In this document: positions 37,555 through 48,137 of the stretch, in pieces
How positions within the stretch are numbered: the stretch's first letter is position 1
Layout of the letters: every line of letters starts with the position of its first letter
Origin: a virus
IMG/VR virus record: IMGVR_UViG_3300005573_000058
Coordinates: 64,001-128,000 of that record
Strand: one strand, 5' to 3'
Length of the DNA stretch: 64,000 nucleotides
Translations under genes and position numbers: made by a program
Notes under the pieces: generated by a model
Seen by the model: the letters and a program-made list of their open reading frames with translations, nothing else
What the model was told of the DNA's origin: nothing
Database searches by the model: none

Positions 37555-39128
37555 AAATAAAATCAATATCTGCTAGTAATTTCTCTTGTTTAAGTAAAGT
37601 AATGATACAACTAGAACATTTACCAGAAGTATTACTGATTGTTGGTAAAAACGGAACAGGAAAATCAAGTCTATTCGATATAATCTATTTTACATTAACT
37701 GGAAGATCTCTGAAGACAGTTAATATAGATAAGCTTGTTAAAAGAGGTACAAATGAAATGGAGACCGAAATTGAATTTGAGTATAACAAGAGAGTCTATA
37801 AGATAAAACGTATAAGAAAGAACAAGAAAACTGAATTGGATCTTTCAATTGATGGTAAGAATGTTGAAGCAGACATTAACAAGATGCAACAAATAATAGC
37901 TGATATTATAGATGCATTCATGATAGAGACATTTATGATATATTCAGGCAGGTCGAAAATGTTCTTCGACCTGCCTGAAAGGAGTCAAAAATTAGCATTA
38001 ACAAAATTATTTGCAAAAGATTTAGATATAGATGATGTATATGCTAAAGTGTCGTCTATATCTAACGATGTTCAAACTAAGATAAGTGAGATCCAAGCAT
38101 CTATATCTGAGATAAATAGAAGTCTTGTTGATACTAAAAATTTAAAGAATACTAGAGTAAAGTATAATTTAGAAGAGTTAAATGAATATGAAGAAGAATA
38201 TAACAGTAGAAAGAAAGAATTACAACAGAAAGTAGATAAAATAGAAGGAGATATAGATAATATCAGAGTAACTATAGCAAGTAATAATAACGAGATTAAA
38301 ATGCTGAAAGATAGAATAAAAATTTATAGTGAATTGATAAAACAAGGTAGATGCTATGTATGCAAATCGAAGATAGGTGATGTTACAAAAGATAAATTAC
38401 AGAAAGATATCTTAGAGTTAACATCTAAAGTTACAATCATGCAAAAAGATGTTGAAAAGCTGAATAAGAGATTGCAAAAATTGCAACAGGTGCTAAATGA
38501 TACAGAAGCTAAAATAGGTGGTATTGAAAAGAAGTTAAGTAAAATATCGGAATATAAAACTATTATAAAATCTGATATATCCGATAAATTAATTGCTAAT
38601 CTTATCAATAAAAAAAGAAATCTTGAACAACAATTAGAACGTTATAATGAAGATATGAAATTTTTCCTATTGTTAAAACAGTTCTATTCAAGTAAAGGTC
38701 TATTATCTATGTTAAGTAACATGTTCTATGATGCATTGAATGTGTATGCTAAAAAGTATATAAATTATATTAATATTGATCTTGAAATAAAAGATAACAT
38801 ACAAGTTTTATATAATGGATTAGAATATAATATGTTATCGTCAGGTGAAAAAAGAATAGTTGATTTTATAATAATGTTAGCATGTGCTGATATAGCACAT
38901 GCTAGATTAGGGATGAATGTACTTGTATTAGATGAAATATTTGATGCATTAGACTTTATGAATGTTGAAAAAGTGTATAATATGTTACTATTATGTAATG
39001 TTCCAAAAAAGATACTTGTTACTCATCATAGTGTAAATATAAATGCTCCTAATATATTTGATATGAATAGTTTAAGTCTGAACAGCATAGATAGTTCGTT
39101 TTCTGATTATATAAAAGTTGAAAAATAA
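37551..39128 (+). CDS. sbcC: SbcC/Rad50-like ATPase
   Basis: GKNGTGKSS, coiled coil with CYVC hook, LSSGE, LDEIFD. Confidence 0.9.
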   Translation: MKIKSISASNFSCLSKVMIQLEHLPEVLLIVGKNGTGKSSLFDIIYFTLTGRSLKTVNIDKLVKRGTNEMETEIEFEYNKRVYKIKRIRKNKKTELDLSIDGKNVEADINKMQQIIADIIDAFMIETFMIYSGRSKMFFDLPERSQKLALTKLFAKDLDIDDVYAKVSSISNDVQTKISEIQASISEINRSLVDTKNLKNTRVKYNLEELNEYEEEYNSRKKELQQKVDKIEGDIDNIRVTIASNNNEIKMLKDRIKIYSELIKQGRCYVCKSKIGDVTKDKLQKDILELTSKVTIMQKDVEKLNKRLQKLQQVLNDTEAKIGGIEKKLSKISEYKTIIKSDISDKLIANLINKKRNLEQQLERYNEDMKFFLLLKQFYSSKGLLSMLSNMFYDALNVYAKKYINYINIDLEIKDNIQVLYNGLEYNMLSSGEKRIVDFIIMLACADIAHARLGMNVLVLDEIFDALDFMNVEKVYNMLLLCNVPKKILVTHHSVNINAPNIFDMNSLSLNSIDSSFSDYIKVEK

Positions 39129-39141
39129 AAAAGGAGGTTAT

Positions 39142-40386
39142 ATGATAATTGTTAGTATAAATGATAAAAAAGTTAAAGAAGATCCGTTATTATTTGTAGG
39201 AAAAGTATTTAAAGAGTATTGTTATTATACTGGTTCGAAATTGATGAATATATCTGATTTGACATCTAGAGATGTGTATTATTTAGGAAGGGATGCAAGT
39301 AAAATCGTTATAGATAGTGTTAGAGTCACCTTTATACCAAGAAATTCAAGTATATTAAAGAAATATGCATCTATAGAAGAGAATTCATTTGGTTCATACT
39401 TAAATACTGGTCTTAATTTGATTAAATTACATGGTATAAGTGACGCTGATAGAAATTTATTTAAAATGTTATTGTCTACTGAGAAACATGATCTATATCA
39501 AGTATTGAAGATAACAGGTTATTTTAGAGTAAAAGATTCAATTGAAGATGCTTCGAAATTTATAGTTATGTTTATAGCAGGTATGACAGATACAAGTTGG
39601 AAATATTTTAATGTTGATGAATATAGTTATGCATTTAAATTTGGGTATACAAATGCAGGTGAAATTCCAGATAGATATGAGATTGTTGTAGACACAAGTT
39701 CACTTATATCTTATATGTGTAGTTTAAAAAGCAGTATTTGTAAGAGGCAGTTGACTTTTAAATTGTACAATTCGAAGACAGGAGCATTTAAAACTGTACA
39801 AAACAAGCATATATTGTACAATCCTAATAATGAGTATGATATGATGAATGTTATTTCACCTATGGCAATAAATTTAGATGAAAACGTATTAGAGTGTAAT
39901 ATAGATCCAAGTTATAATAGAATTAATAAGATTGAGATGCTTCCTTACGAATTATTGAAGATATGTGAAGACGATAATGTGGAAATTGATAGTTCATCTC
40001 GTTCTGTGCAGTTAAAGTTAAAAAATAAAATTGAGAAAGGTGAAGATTATTTAGAAGATCCTATCAAATTTTTAACATATGATACATATAATAATATTGT
40101 AGTATCTGATATAAATGCTGTTATGTCATATGTAAAACATTATTTTGTTCCTGTTAGCAAGTATAGAAGTTTTGTAAAAGAAAATAATATAAAGAATAAA
40201 ATAAAGTTGGCAAACGAGATAAGAAGTAAATATGATAAAACAGTAGACGGAATAGGACTTATAAATGATGAAATAGATAAGATAAAGAACAACAACAAAC
40301 CGCCACTTGTAATAAATGTTAACGCTGTAGATGGAGAGCCATCAGTAGAAGTTGACAGGAATAAGTATATTGTTTACTATGTATAA
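39142..40386 (+). CDS. Hypothetical protein, paralog of 19875-20933
   Basis: Shared motifs. Confidence 0.8.
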   Translation: MIIVSINDKKVKEDPLLFVGKVFKEYCYYTGSKLMNISDLTSRDVYYLGRDASKIVIDSVRVTFIPRNSSILKKYASIEENSFGSYLNTGLNLIKLHGISDADRNLFKMLLSTEKHDLYQVLKITGYFRVKDSIEDASKFIVMFIAGMTDTSWKYFNVDEYSYAFKFGYTNAGEIPDRYEIVVDTSSLISYMCSLKSSICKRQLTFKLYNSKTGAFKTVQNKHILYNPNNEYDMMNVISPMAINLDENVLECNIDPSYNRINKIEMLPYELLKICEDDNVEIDSSSRSVQLKLKNKIEKGEDYLEDPIKFLTYDTYNNIVVSDINAVMSYVKHYFVPVSKYRSFVKENNIKNKIKLANEIRSKYDKTVDGIGLINDEIDKIKNNNKPPLVINVNAVDGEPSVEVDRNKYIVYYV

Positions 40387-40411
40387 ACAAAAAATAAGAA
40401 AGGAGAATTGT

Positions 40412-40747
40412 ATGAGAAATAAAACATTAGAAGAAAATTCAATTGATTTGAAAATTTCTGTTTATATATATGAACCTGAAGAAATGCGAGTTTATTGTAA
40501 ACATTGTAAAGAGTTATTGACTTCAGTTGCATATAGTGTATTAGTAACTGAATATGGAGTTATATATAGAGGTAATAATGGAGATACAAATTGGGATTCG
40601 TCAGATTATGAAACGCAAAGTGATACATATGTATATAGTTGTGAAAATTGTGACGAAGAATTAGGAATAAGTCTTATAGAAGTAGAAAATCTGTTAAAAT
40701 TATCTTCAATAGAGAGGCGTAATTTGAGAATATTTGATCTAAGTTAG
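40412..40747 (+). CDS. Zn-ribbon protein
   Basis: CKHC and CENC. Confidence 0.7.
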   Translation: MRNKTLEENSIDLKISVYIYEPEEMRVYCKHCKELLTSVAYSVLVTEYGVIYRGNNGDTNWDSSDYETQSDTYVYSCENCDEELGISLIEVENLLKLSSIERRNLRIFDLS

Positions 40748-40755
40748 GAGGTCAA

Positions 40756-41175
40756 ATGAGTGTCAGAGCATATTTGGTAAGGAGACGTTACATTGATGGA
40801 GGATATGTAGATACAGTTAAGTATAAAGATGAATTGTTTAGTTTATGGAACGACGGACTTTTAGTTGGTTACTTAGAAGAATATCTGCCACCAGTAATGG
40901 ATATTTCATGTTCATTTGTATGTGAAATACATATCGATAATTTAAAGAATATATATGATACAATAAAGAAAGATTATGACGAGTATAAAATTGAAAAAGT
41001 AGATAAACAAAAGGAGTTAGCTTTGTCTATATCTTCAGGTAGAAAAGAAGATGAAGCAGTAAAAATTCTAGAAAAAAGAGAATCAGAATTTCAAGAAGCA
41101 ATAAAAATAGTGAAGAGAATGATAGATTTAGCATTAAAGACGGAAGATAAATATTTGAGAATGACGTTTTTCTAA
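40756..41175 (+). CDS. Hypothetical protein
   Basis: ORF with SD. Confidence 0.7.
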   Translation: MSVRAYLVRRRYIDGGYVDTVKYKDELFSLWNDGLLVGYLEEYLPPVMDISCSFVCEIHIDNLKNIYDTIKKDYDEYKIEKVDKQKELALSISSGRKEDEAVKILEKRESEFQEAIKIVKRMIDLALKTEDKYLRMTFF

Positions 41176-41435
41176 AGGAGGAATTGATGGAAACAAAGAT
41201 AGTAGAAACAATATTATATCATCTTGAACTTGCAAGGAAGAAGAAAGATAATGATGTAGAAGTAGCATATGAGTTAGTAGCTCTGCTCCATGATATTACA
41301 AAGATAGTGGAACATGAAATACCTAAATATTTAATATCTAAACTATATAATATAATAGATGAATATAAAAAAGTGAAACAGTTAAAAGAATGTATAAAGG
41401 AATTGTTAGATGAAAAGTAAGAACGGAGGTGTTAA

Positions 41436-42023
41436 TTGAGAAATAAGGATAATAGAATACCATTATTTAATAGTCTCATAGAGCCAGAAAACTTAGAGGA
41501 ATTAATAGAAATATCGAAAAACTGTAAAAACTGTGACTTATACAAAGAAAGAAAACAGGTTGTGATAGGAAAAGGAAATATTCATAGTAGGATATTATTT
41601 GTAGGACAGAATCCTGGAGCAGAAGAAGATAAAATAGGTCAGCCATTTGTAGGTTTATGTGGAAGAATATTACATGAATGCATCGATGAAATAGGATTGG
41701 CAATAGATGAATATTATATATCAAATGCAGTTTGGTGCAAAACTCCATTTAACAGACCGCCATCAACAAGTGAGATGAACAGTTGTAAGTGGATATTTAA
41801 ATTAATTAAGATTATGAAGCCAGAGCTGATTATAACTGTTGGTAAAACAGCAACTGTTCAAATATTAAAAACAGAGATAGCAATGAAAGAAGCAGTTAAA
41901 AATGTATATGAACTGCCTGAATATACAGTTATACCTGTATATCATCCATCAGTTGTTTTACGAAATGTAATATCTGAAGCTGAATATAGAAGAGTATTTA
42001 GAAGAATAAAAGAATATAAGTAA
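41436..42023 (+). CDS. Uracil-DNA glycosylase, family 4 (Fe-S)
   Basis: CKNC, GQNPG.EED..G.PFVG, NAVWC, HPS. Confidence 0.9.
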   Translation: MRNKDNRIPLFNSLIEPENLEELIEISKNCKNCDLYKERKQVVIGKGNIHSRILFVGQNPGAEEDKIGQPFVGLCGRILHECIDEIGLAIDEYYISNAVWCKTPFNRPPSTSEMNSCKWIFKLIKIMKPELIITVGKTATVQILKTEIAMKEAVKNVYELPEYTVIPVYHPSVVLRNVISEAEYRRVFRRIKEYK

Positions 42024-42254
42024 TAAGAACAGATAATTAACAAAGAAGTTAACTATCTGTTCTTATAAAAAATTTACAGAGTAAAAAAATTTATAGTTGG
42101 ATACGAACTAGTTTCTAAGATGTGAACTTTTTGTTTCATTAATATGAACTAATTTAAAAAATACAGAGGTAGAAAATTTAAATCAGGTATGAACTTTTTG
42201 TTTTTTATAATATGCATATACTAGTTAAAAATTTTATTTTTTTTTAAAAAATAC

Positions 42255-42283
42255 TTGACAAAATGAAAAAATATTATTATATG
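42255..42283 (+). promoter_or_regulatory. Sigma70-type promoter; near-duplicate at 51302-51330
   Basis: TTGACA-N17-TATAT(G/A), followed in both copies by TAAACAAGGGAGGT. Confidence 0.65.
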
Positions 42284-42391
42284 TATATTACTAAACAAGG
42301 GAGGTAATTATGGTTGAAAAATTAGTAGTAAAAAAAGATGTTGGTTATAATTGGTTACGGTATTGCAATCTTACTTATAAGGAGTTACTTA

Positions 42392-45300
42392 ATGGATAGA
42401 ATGGTAAAAAAACGTAATGGTCATATAGTTCAATTTGAAAGATCTAAAATTTTTACAACTATTAAAAACGCATTTGCAAGTATAAATCATCCTATATCAG
42501 ATGATAAAATAGATGAAATTGTAAATAATATTGAAATTGAATTACATAAAAGATTTTTTAAAAAAGGTAGTATACCATCAGTTGAAGAAATACAAGATAT
42601 AGTAGAACATATATTAATGAAAAAGAACTATACTGATGTTGCAAAGTCTTATATTTTATATAGACAACAACGAAAGGAGAATAGAGAATTAAAGAACTTA
42701 TTTAAAGGAGTTGAAAATATTGTAGATGATTATATATCAGAAAGTGATTGGAAAGTTAAAGAAAATGCAAATATAATATTCTCAGTTCAAGGACTTAATA
42801 ATTATATATCGTCTGCTATAGCATCTAAGTATTGGTTGAACAAAATATATCCTGAAGAAATAAAAGAAGCTCATGAAAATGGTGATATATATATTCATGA
42901 TCTTGGAACTATCGGATCATATACGTTCTTTGGAAAAGAAGTAGTAATAGCCAAGTTAAATGGAGATATTAAACTCCTTTCTCTTGAGGATCTTTATGAA
43001 GAAATTCCAGAGCCTGAAATTCTTCTAAATGAAAAAGATGAAGCTTTTGCAAAATATCCGAAAGAGTTTTTTGTTTTGGATAGAAACGAATGGACGAAAG
43101 TTTTGAGAATGGTAAGAAAGAGAAAAGATAGAGAAATGAGATTTATTAAATCAGAGCAGGGTCAAGGTGTAATTGTTACTGATAATCATCCTTTTATTGT
43201 TAAAGAAAAACCTGATGCATTAGAAAGAGAAATTGAGGCAAAAGGAGTTCAAGTAAAAAATCATTTAATTTTGAGTTGTCATATTCCTTCTCTTTTAGTT
43301 AGTGAAAAATTATTTTTCAAAAAACATATTTACTTAGCAGAAGAGCTTTTAAAAAGAAATTATGAAAACTTTTTTCTCGAAGGGTTCTATTGGAAAGATT
43401 TTATGGAAAATTGGGGAGGATCTTTAAGAGTTGAAGGAACTTTCAGCACTTCAAATAGCGCTAATAGCTTAGACAATAAATTAGAACTTACTGAAGATCT
43501 TGGATATTTAGTTGGATTTTTTATAGCTGAAGGTAATTACGATAGCTGGAAATTAAATATTACTAATAGTGAAGAAGAGATAATTGAAAAAATTCAAAGA
43601 ATCTGTGCCCGCTTAGGAATAAGAACTTATGTGAGAGAAAAGGAAGGTAAAACAAAGACTATTTCAATTAATTCGAGTACTTTAAAGATTGTTTTTGAAA
43701 AAATTTTTCAAATAAAACCATTAAGTAAAAATAAAAATTTACCTTACGATATTTTAACTTATAATTCCGATTTTATAAAAGGGTTGATTGCAGGAATTAT
43801 TGATGGGGATGGAAGTATTAGTGGAGAAACTCAAATTATAATTCGAGTAGCTTCTAGAACGATGCTTGAGCAGATTGCAATTTTACTCCAATTTTTGGGA
43901 ATTGTTCCTCGAACTGGAGTTTCCATCAAAGATATAGGAAAGAAAAGAAATTTTAGGGGAAAAGAAATTGTTCAAAATTATCCTCTTTATAGGCTTACTT
44001 TTTCTAAAAAAGAAAACGTGGATTTTCCATCTTTGAAATATCAAAAAGCAAAACCTGCTAAAACACATTGGAGATCAGAAAATTACGGATGGAATAGAGT
44101 ATTAAATAACGAAGCTACAACTATTCCTGACAAGTTTATTTACGACATTACTACTGAATCTAATACATTTTTATGTAATTCCATTTTAGTTCACAATTGT
44201 ACAGGATGGGATCTTGAAGATTTACTAAGAAAAGGATTTGGAGGAGTTCAAGGTAAAATATCATCTGCTCCTCCTAAGCATTTTAGAACTGCTCTAGGTC
44301 AGTTAGTAAATTTTTTATTTTCTGTTCAGATGGAAGTAGCAGGAGCTGTTGCTGTATCTAATTTTAATACATTGTTAGCTCCTTTTATAAAATATGATAA
44401 GTTAGATAGAGTTCAAGTGAAACAAGCATTACAAGAATTTGTATATAATATGAATGTATCTACTAGATCAGGTGGACAATCTCCTTTTTCTAATGTCACA
44501 TTAGATCTTGAAATACCTGAACATTTTAAAGGTAAAAAAGTTATTATAGCTGGTAAGGAACAAGATGCTACATATGATGAATTTGAAAATGAAATGAACT
44601 TATTTATTGATGTTTTTACAGAGGTTTTAACTGAAGGTGATTACAATAAAAGAATATTTACTTTTCCTATACCTACTATAGCAATAACAAAAACTCTTAA
44701 CTGGAATAATCCAGCATATGAAAATATATGGAAAGCAACAGCTAAATATGGTTATTTTTATTTTGCTAATTATGTAAATTCAGATATGAAACCAGAAGAT
44801 ATACGTTCGATGTGTTTTACAGCTGATACTCGATTAATTTATAAGGAGGGAAAGCACAGTCGATATCAAAGGACAACAATTAGAAATTTGGTAAATAATT
44901 GGAATCCAAAAAAGGAATTTTATCTTCTAATAAATGGGAAGTGGGTAAAAATTATCGATGCATTCAAATTAAAAAATAATTCAGGGAAGATTATCAAAGT
45001 TGAGTTAAGGAATGGAGAAATAATTAAAATGACACCTGACCATCCAGCAATGATAATTGAAAATGGAAAATTGAAACAAGTTTTAGCAAAAAATTTAAAA
45101 GTGGGAGATTTTATTCCAATAGCCAAAAATACTTATGAGGGTAGATTGGGAGATTTTGAACTGGGAAGGTGGTTAGGTTTATATGTTTCCGAAGGAGGGA
45201 TTAATAAAAATGAGATCTATTTTTCCTTTAATAAAAATGAAAAGGAATTACAAGAATTTGTAAAAAAAGTAGCCGAAGAGAGATTTGCTTTTCCAGTAAG

Positions 45301-46837
45301 AGTTACGAAAGATCCAAGGTGGGATACAATTCAGGTTTGGGTAAAAAGTAAATCGGCAGTTGAATGGGTAAGAAAATTCTGTTCTGGAGAAAAAGCTCCA
45401 CGAAAAAGATTGTTAGCCTCTTTATATGGAATGTCAAAAGATTTTAGATTAGGAGTTTTAGTAGGAATATACCAAGGTGACGGCTATGAAAGGGATGTAG
45501 AATTTCATACCACAAATAGGAAATTGAGAGATGATGTCGCAGATTTGGCTAGAAGCATAGGAATTAACTACACGAAAAGAATTAACCCGAATAACACTAA
45601 AGGTGAAAAAAATTACACTTCTTATGTATTAAGACTTTGCCGAGATAGCCTAAAAGAGTTAGCGCCTTATTTTAAAAATATAAAAATATCAAATTCTTCA
45701 ATTTTCAGAGATTTTGGTGATTTTTATGGAATAAAAATTAAATCAATTAAAGTTCAAAATTACTATGCTTCTGTTTATGATTTCGAAGTAGACTCAAAAG
45801 AGCATCTTTTTCAACTATCTAATGGGGTTATTACCCATAATTGTTGTAGATTATCATTGAATATGAAAGAGTTACGTAAGAGGACTGGAGGAGTTTTTGG
45901 AGCAGGAAATTTAAGTGGAAGTTGCGGGATTGTTACAATTAATTTACCAAGATTAGGCTATGTTTCAAAAGATGAGAATGAATTTTTCTCCAGATTGGAT
46001 CATTTACTTGAACTAGCTAAAACATCATTAGAAATAAAAAGAAAAACTGTTGAACAGCTAACTGAAAAGAATTTTTATCCTTATTGTAAAGTTTATCTTG
46101 AACCTGTTAAACAAACAACTAATCGATATTGGTCTAATCATTTTTCAACTATAGGAATCATAGGGTTAAATGAATGTTCTCTTAACTTTTTGGGCGTAGG
46201 TATTGAACAGAAAGAAGGTCATGATTTCGCCCAAAAAGTATTATTGCATATAAGAGAAAAAATAGCACAATTTCAAGAAGAAACTGGAAATTTATACAAT
46301 CTTGAGGCTGTTCCTGGTGAAGGTTCTTCTTATTCATTAGCTTTAAAGGATAAAAAACGCTTTCCAAGAATAAAAACACAAGGTACAGATACTGCTCCAT
46401 ATTATACGAATGGAACAGGACCTGCTCTTTCAACCAATCTAGACATATTTGATTATGTTAGAATTCAAGATGACTTGATATCATTATTGACAGGTGGAGG
46501 TGTTGTTCATCTATTTTTAGGTGAAAATATAAATGATTGGCAAATGGCAAAGGAATTAGTTAAAAAAGTTACATCAATGTTCAAAGTTCCATATTTAAGT
46601 ATTACTCCTAGTTTCTCAATATGCCCAGTTCATGGTTATATACCAGGTGTTCACAAGTATTGTCCTTATCCACATACGGAGGAAGATATTAGTAAATATG
46701 GTATTGAAATAGAAGTTACAAAGAATGATTTATCTGGTATGCCTGGAGGTAGTTATGCTATAATAAATAAAGATGAACAAAGTAATAAAGAACAGGAGAA
46801 AAAGATAGATTTGAAATTGTTTAAAAAGGAGGTATGA
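42392..46837 (+). CDS. nrdD: Class III anaerobic ribonucleotide reductase (ATP cone, two inteins, no glycyl-radical C-terminus)
   Basis: KKRNG ATP cone, IHDL..SY|CTGW, RSM|CCRL, NLPR, EAVPGE, FSICPVHG. Confidence 0.92.
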   Translation: MDRMVKKRNGHIVQFERSKIFTTIKNAFASINHPISDDKIDEIVNNIEIELHKRFFKKGSIPSVEEIQDIVEHILMKKNYTDVAKSYILYRQQRKENRELKNLFKGVENIVDDYISESDWKVKENANIIFSVQGLNNYISSAIASKYWLNKIYPEEIKEAHENGDIYIHDLGTIGSYTFFGKEVVIAKLNGDIKLLSLEDLYEEIPEPEILLNEKDEAFAKYPKEFFVLDRNEWTKVLRMVRKRKDREMRFIKSEQGQGVIVTDNHPFIVKEKPDALEREIEAKGVQVKNHLILSCHIPSLLVSEKLFFKKHIYLAEELLKRNYENFFLEGFYWKDFMENWGGSLRVEGTFSTSNSANSLDNKLELTEDLGYLVGFFIAEGNYDSWKLNITNSEEEIIEKIQRICARLGIRTYVREKEGKTKTISINSSTLKIVFEKIFQIKPLSKNKNLPYDILTYNSDFIKGLIAGIIDGDGSISGETQIIIRVASRTMLEQIAILLQFLGIVPRTGVSIKDIGKKRNFRGKEIVQNYPLYRLTFSKKENVDFPSLKYQKAKPAKTHWRSENYGWNRVLNNEATTIPDKFIYDITTESNTFLCNSILVHNCTGWDLEDLLRKGFGGVQGKISSAPPKHFRTALGQLVNFLFSVQMEVAGAVAVSNFNTLLAPFIKYDKLDRVQVKQALQEFVYNMNVSTRSGGQSPFSNVTLDLEIPEHFKGKKVIIAGKEQDATYDEFENEMNLFIDVFTEVLTEGDYNKRIFTFPIPTIAITKTLNWNNPAYENIWKATAKYGYFYFANYVNSDMKPEDIRSMCFTADTRLIYKEGKHSRYQRTTIRNLVNNWNPKKEFYLLINGKWVKIIDAFKLKNNSGKIIKVELRNGEIIKMTPDHPAMIIENGKLKQVLAKNLKVGDFIPIAKNTYEGRLGDFELGRWLGLYVSEGGINKNEIYFSFNKNEKELQEFVKKVAEERFAFPVRVTKDPRWDTIQVWVKSKSAVEWVRKFCSGEKAPRKRLLASLYGMSKDFRLGVLVGIYQGDGYERDVEFHTTNRKLRDDVADLARSIGINYTKRINPNNTKGEKNYTSYVLRLCRDSLKELAPYFKNIKISNSSIFRDFGDFYGIKIKSIKVQNYYASVYDFEVDSKEHLFQLSNGVITHNCCRLSLNMKELRKRTGGVFGAGNLSGSCGIVTINLPRLGYVSKDENEFFSRLDHLLELAKTSLEIKRKTVEQLTEKNFYPYCKVYLEPVKQTTNRYWSNHFSTIGIIGLNECSLNFLGVGIEQKEGHDFAQKVLLHIREKIAQFQEETGNLYNLEAVPGEGSSYSLALKDKKRFPRIKTQGTDTAPYYTNGTGPALSTNLDIFDYVRIQDDLISLLTGGGVVHLFLGENINDWQMAKELVKKVTSMFKVPYLSITPSFSICPVHGYIPGVHKYCPYPHTEEDISKYGIEIEVTKNDLSGMPGGSYAIINKDEQSNKEQEKKIDLKLFKKEV
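42923..44197 (+). mobile_element. Intein 1 (425 aa) with LAGLIDADG homing endonuclease; first residue Thr
   Basis: TFFGKE start, TDNH block B, GFFIAEG and GIIDGDG, LVHN|C end. Confidence 0.88.
44813..45841 (+). mobile_element. Intein 2 (343 aa) with LAGLIDADG homing endonuclease
   Basis: CFTADT start, TPDH, GLYVSEG and GIYQGDG, ITHN|C end. Confidence 0.92.
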
Positions 46838-47353
46838 ATGAAAACTAAAACTTTAAAAAAAGATTCTAAAGAACAGAATAATAATAAGTTAGATGCTGTA
46901 TGTGTTTTTATAACATCGTTATCATCAAAAGTTGTTTTAACTAATGAACATATGAAAAATATAAAAGAATCTTATTTAGATATTTATAAGAATAGCAAGT
47001 TTAAAAAAGATAAAATGAATACTGGAACAGATTTATCATTGTTTTTAAAATTATTTAGTGCTGTACCTGAAGAATGTAGTAGCGGTGAGATGTATATATG
47101 TTCTAATAAGGAAGGTGAAGCTATATTAAATAAACGATATTTATTAAAAGATAACAATAATATTGTACATTTAGAGAAAGACATAAATGCACCTTTAATC
47201 AGGATTTATAGTGGTAAAATAACATTATTTACAACAATTATAAAAATAGATAGCAAAGATATAAATACAAAGCAGAAGATATTACAGTTGTATGGAGAAG
47301 AAGATAGAAGAAAAAATGATACATATGAGACGATAAAATGTATCTTAATATAA
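46838..47353 (+). CDS. Hypothetical protein
   Basis: ORF with SD. Confidence 0.7.
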   Translation: MKTKTLKKDSKEQNNNKLDAVCVFITSLSSKVVLTNEHMKNIKESYLDIYKNSKFKKDKMNTGTDLSLFLKLFSAVPEECSSGEMYICSNKEGEAILNKRYLLKDNNNIVHLEKDINAPLIRIYSGKITLFTTIIKIDSKDINTKQKILQLYGEEDRRKNDTYETIKCILI

Positions 47354-47369
47354 TAAAAAGGAGGTCATT

Positions 47370-47657
47370 ATGTGTTTATGTAATTGTACAATGGAAGTAA
47401 TAAAAGAGATACCTATAAAATGTCCAGTATGTAATGGTACAGGTGAATATAAAGGAAAAGAGTGTAAGGCATGTAATGGTAAAGGAATAGTAGTAATGAT
47501 TGAAAAAGATTATTATAAAGATAATAGTATATTAGAACCTTACATAACATATACTGCAACTATAGATCCAGATTTTATACTTACTTGGTATTCTACTGAT
47601 ATAATATATGATAATCAGGAGTTGAATGATGAAAAAAATGAGAAAAAAGCAGATTAA
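47370..47657 (+). CDS. DnaJ-type CxxCxGxG Zn-finger protein
   Basis: CPVCNGTG and CKACNGKG. Confidence 0.75.
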   Translation: MCLCNCTMEVIKEIPIKCPVCNGTGEYKGKECKACNGKGIVVMIEKDYYKDNSILEPYITYTATIDPDFILTWYSTDIIYDNQELNDEKNEKKAD

Positions 47658-48093
47658 AACAGTTAAAAATACACCACCTTGTAAACAAAAATCAGTTCTT
47701 CCTGAATGGATGGAACAGGAAAATGTAGCTCTTCATCTTAGGTATAATTATCCAACAACTGAGATACTATGGTCGGCATCAGCATCTGGAATGAGAACTA
47801 CAATAGGAGTTGCAAGAAAAATGAAAAGAATGGGTCTTAATAGGGGTGTTCCAGATATTATGATATTTAAGCCTAAATATGATGAAAAGAACAATGTTAT
47901 ATATTTTGGTTTATTTATTGAAATGAAAACTGAAATAGGTATCTTATCAGAAGAACAAAAACATTGGATCGATAAATTAAATAAGGAAGGTTATTTAGCT
48001 GTTGTGTGTAGATCTTCTAATGAAGCTATTAATGTTATTGACAATTATATGAAACTATCTGATGTAAATATTCAAAAAGGAAAGGTAAAATAG
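47626..48093 (+). CDS. VRR-NUC (PD-(D/E)XK) nuclease
   Basis: GVPD, IEMK, LSEEQ..W...L...G. Confidence 0.85.
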   Translation: MMKKMRKKQIKTVKNTPPCKQKSVLPEWMEQENVALHLRYNYPTTEILWSASASGMRTTIGVARKMKRMGLNRGVPDIMIFKPKYDEKNNVIYFGLFIEMKTEIGILSEEQKHWIDKLNKEGYLAVVCRSSNEAINVIDNYMKLSDVNIQKGKVK

Positions 48094-48137
48094 TTATAAA
48101 TACTGTTATTGGAAAGATAATTCTTCTCACTTATTAT

